From the NCBI GenBank assembly GCA_965369865.1, contig CBDURU010000036.1:1-28277 (forward strand): a stretch of 28,277 nt of DNA, in the 5' to 3' direction. This document shows, piece by piece, positions 27,075-28,277 of the stretch (position 1 is the first letter of the stretch; every line of letters begins with the position of its first letter). A program made the position numbers and the translations under genes. The notes beneath the pieces are model-generated. The model had not been told where the DNA came from, did no database searches, and saw only the letters and a program-made list of their open reading frames with translations. The DNA comes from an uncultured bacterium. Its GTDB lineage: Bacteria > JAJVIF01 > JAPKYR01.

Positions 27075-27659
27075 ATGAAGAACTTGATTGTACTGCTGGC
27101 ATTGCTCGCTGTGACCGCGATTGCTGGCTGCGGCGGCGGGGGTGGAGACGGCAAGCCCGCTGGAACGAGGGAGATTTACTTCCCGATACATCAAGGCGCG
27201 TATTATCGGTATGAGGCCGCCGATTCTTCCGGAGATGTTCTGGCATATGAAGCCTTTACCTATTCCGCGGTCGAGGCTGAACAGTTGATCCTGAATGTAG
27301 AGAATGACCCGGATTTTCAGCAAACTTGGCTGTACGGCGATAACATCGTCCATTATTCGGATTCGGGGGTGGGTGCGTTCTGGCCGGAACCTCTTGACTA
27401 TGTCCGCTTCCCGCTCTCGGATGGATTAATATGGACGGATACAGCGGGTGGACTTGTTTATCAGCATATGGTTTCTGAGGTCGGAACTTTTAGGGACTAT
27501 GAAAATGTGTTCTTGGTGACGGTCGTTTGCGACTCGCCGGGCTATTCGGTTATTCCGGAGGCTATATATATTGCGCCGAATGTCGGTATCGTGCGTTTCA
27601 TTTTCATGGGGGGCTGGCTTTCCCATGCGCCCTTTGATCTTGTTGAATATCACAATTAA
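27075..27659 (+). CDS. Lipoprotein of unknown function
   Basis: AGGAGG SD, signal peptide with IAGC lipobox, Gly linker, YFP...G and APNVGIV beta-rich motifs. Confidence 0.8.
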   Translation: MKNLIVLLALLAVTAIAGCGGGGGDGKPAGTREIYFPIHQGAYYRYEAADSSGDVLAYEAFTYSAVEAEQLILNVENDPDFQQTWLYGDNIVHYSDSGVGAFWPEPLDYVRFPLSDGLIWTDTAGGLVYQHMVSEVGTFRDYENVFLVTVVCDSPGYSVIPEAIYIAPNVGIVRFIFMGGWLSHAPFDLVEYHN

Positions 27660-27662
27660 GGA

Positions 27663-28157
27663 TTGTTTACTGCAGTGTCAGATCCCGATAGTATAAAACC
27701 CGGAAAACAACCGTCCGACTTTGAGATCGAACGTATCAAATTCGAAGCGTTTTTAAAAGGTAAAGGTCTCAAGCTGACAAAACAGAGAATGATAATTTTC
27801 AATGAGGTCTTTCGTTATCATGGACATCTTGACGCTGACAGTATTGCAGAACGACTTCGAAGCCTTGGAAAACGCGCAAGCCGGGCGACTGTTTACAGGA
27901 CTCTTGACCTGCTTTCCGAAGCCGGGCTCGTTAAATCGATTAGCCTGGGAAAAAGCCAGCACTACCACGAACATGTGCACGCAGGTGAACATCATGACCA
28001 CCTTGTATGTCTTTCGTGTCACAAAATTATCGAATTTTATTCAGATGAGCTTGAGAATATACAGGATAAAATCTGCAGGGAATATTCATTCAAACCTGTC
28101 CACCATACAATTATTGTATTCGGTATCTGCTCAAAATGTAGTCAAAAAGGGGATTGA
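27663..28157 (+). CDS. Fur-family metal-responsive transcriptional repressor
   Basis: LKLTKQR, SRATVYRTL.LL...GL, HHDHLVCLSC..IIEF, GICSKC. Start codon and subfamily (Fur/Zur/PerR) are uncertain. Confidence 0.92.
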   Translation: MFTAVSDPDSIKPGKQPSDFEIERIKFEAFLKGKGLKLTKQRMIIFNEVFRYHGHLDADSIAERLRSLGKRASRATVYRTLDLLSEAGLVKSISLGKSQHYHEHVHAGEHHDHLVCLSCHKIIEFYSDELENIQDKICREYSFKPVHHTIIVFGICSKCSQKGD

Positions 28158-28220
28158 AAAATCTGCAACCTGGTCCGGGTTTATTTAGACCAATCCTATT
28201 AATTAAATATTGATACGAGA

Positions 28221-28275
28221 TCGGGGACACCTCTTTTCGCCCGTCGAAAAGCAGGTGGAGATAGTCCCGAATTTA
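28221..28275. repeat. GGGGAC...GTCCC hairpin, possibly related to family A
   Basis: CACCTCTTTTCG/CGAAAAG(C)AGGTG stem inside TCGGGGAC/GTCCCGA. The reverse complement of its right end (TAAATTCGGGAC) resembles the copy 1 left flank (TAAATTCGGGGAC). Confidence 0.55.
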
Positions 28276-28277
28276 GT

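Overview
Bacterial chromosomal window, mostly housekeeping genes. From left to right: uvrA (5' end outside the window) and ogt; a rapZ-gap-pgk-tpiA-[STAS/receiver]-deacetylase run; a minus-strand BatD-like/moxR/membrane-protein group; a futalosine-pathway menaquinone operon (ubiD-like, ubiE/menG, ubiX, UbiA-like, unknown ORF, mqnE, mqnA, mqnC, deaminase, pseudouridine synthase); a two-subunit Fe-S fumarate hydratase; a YkuD-fold protein; a MalK-like protein; a lipoprotein; and a Fur-family regulator. The most interesting feature is non-coding. A self-contained unit at about 13129-13611 comprises a sigma70 promoter, a c-di-GMP-I riboswitch, an attenuator, about 300 nt with no convincing ORF but repeated CUGA-loop hairpins, and a terminator. 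It is a candidate riboswitch-controlled sRNA. Also notable are two families of palindromic intergenic repeats (one expanded into a 9x15-bp array, one bracketing the glycolytic operon in inverted orientation), a divergent pair of apparent pseudoenzymes, and a GAPDH with NADP-type signature residues. All calls come from reading motifs by eye; no searches or folding programs were run.
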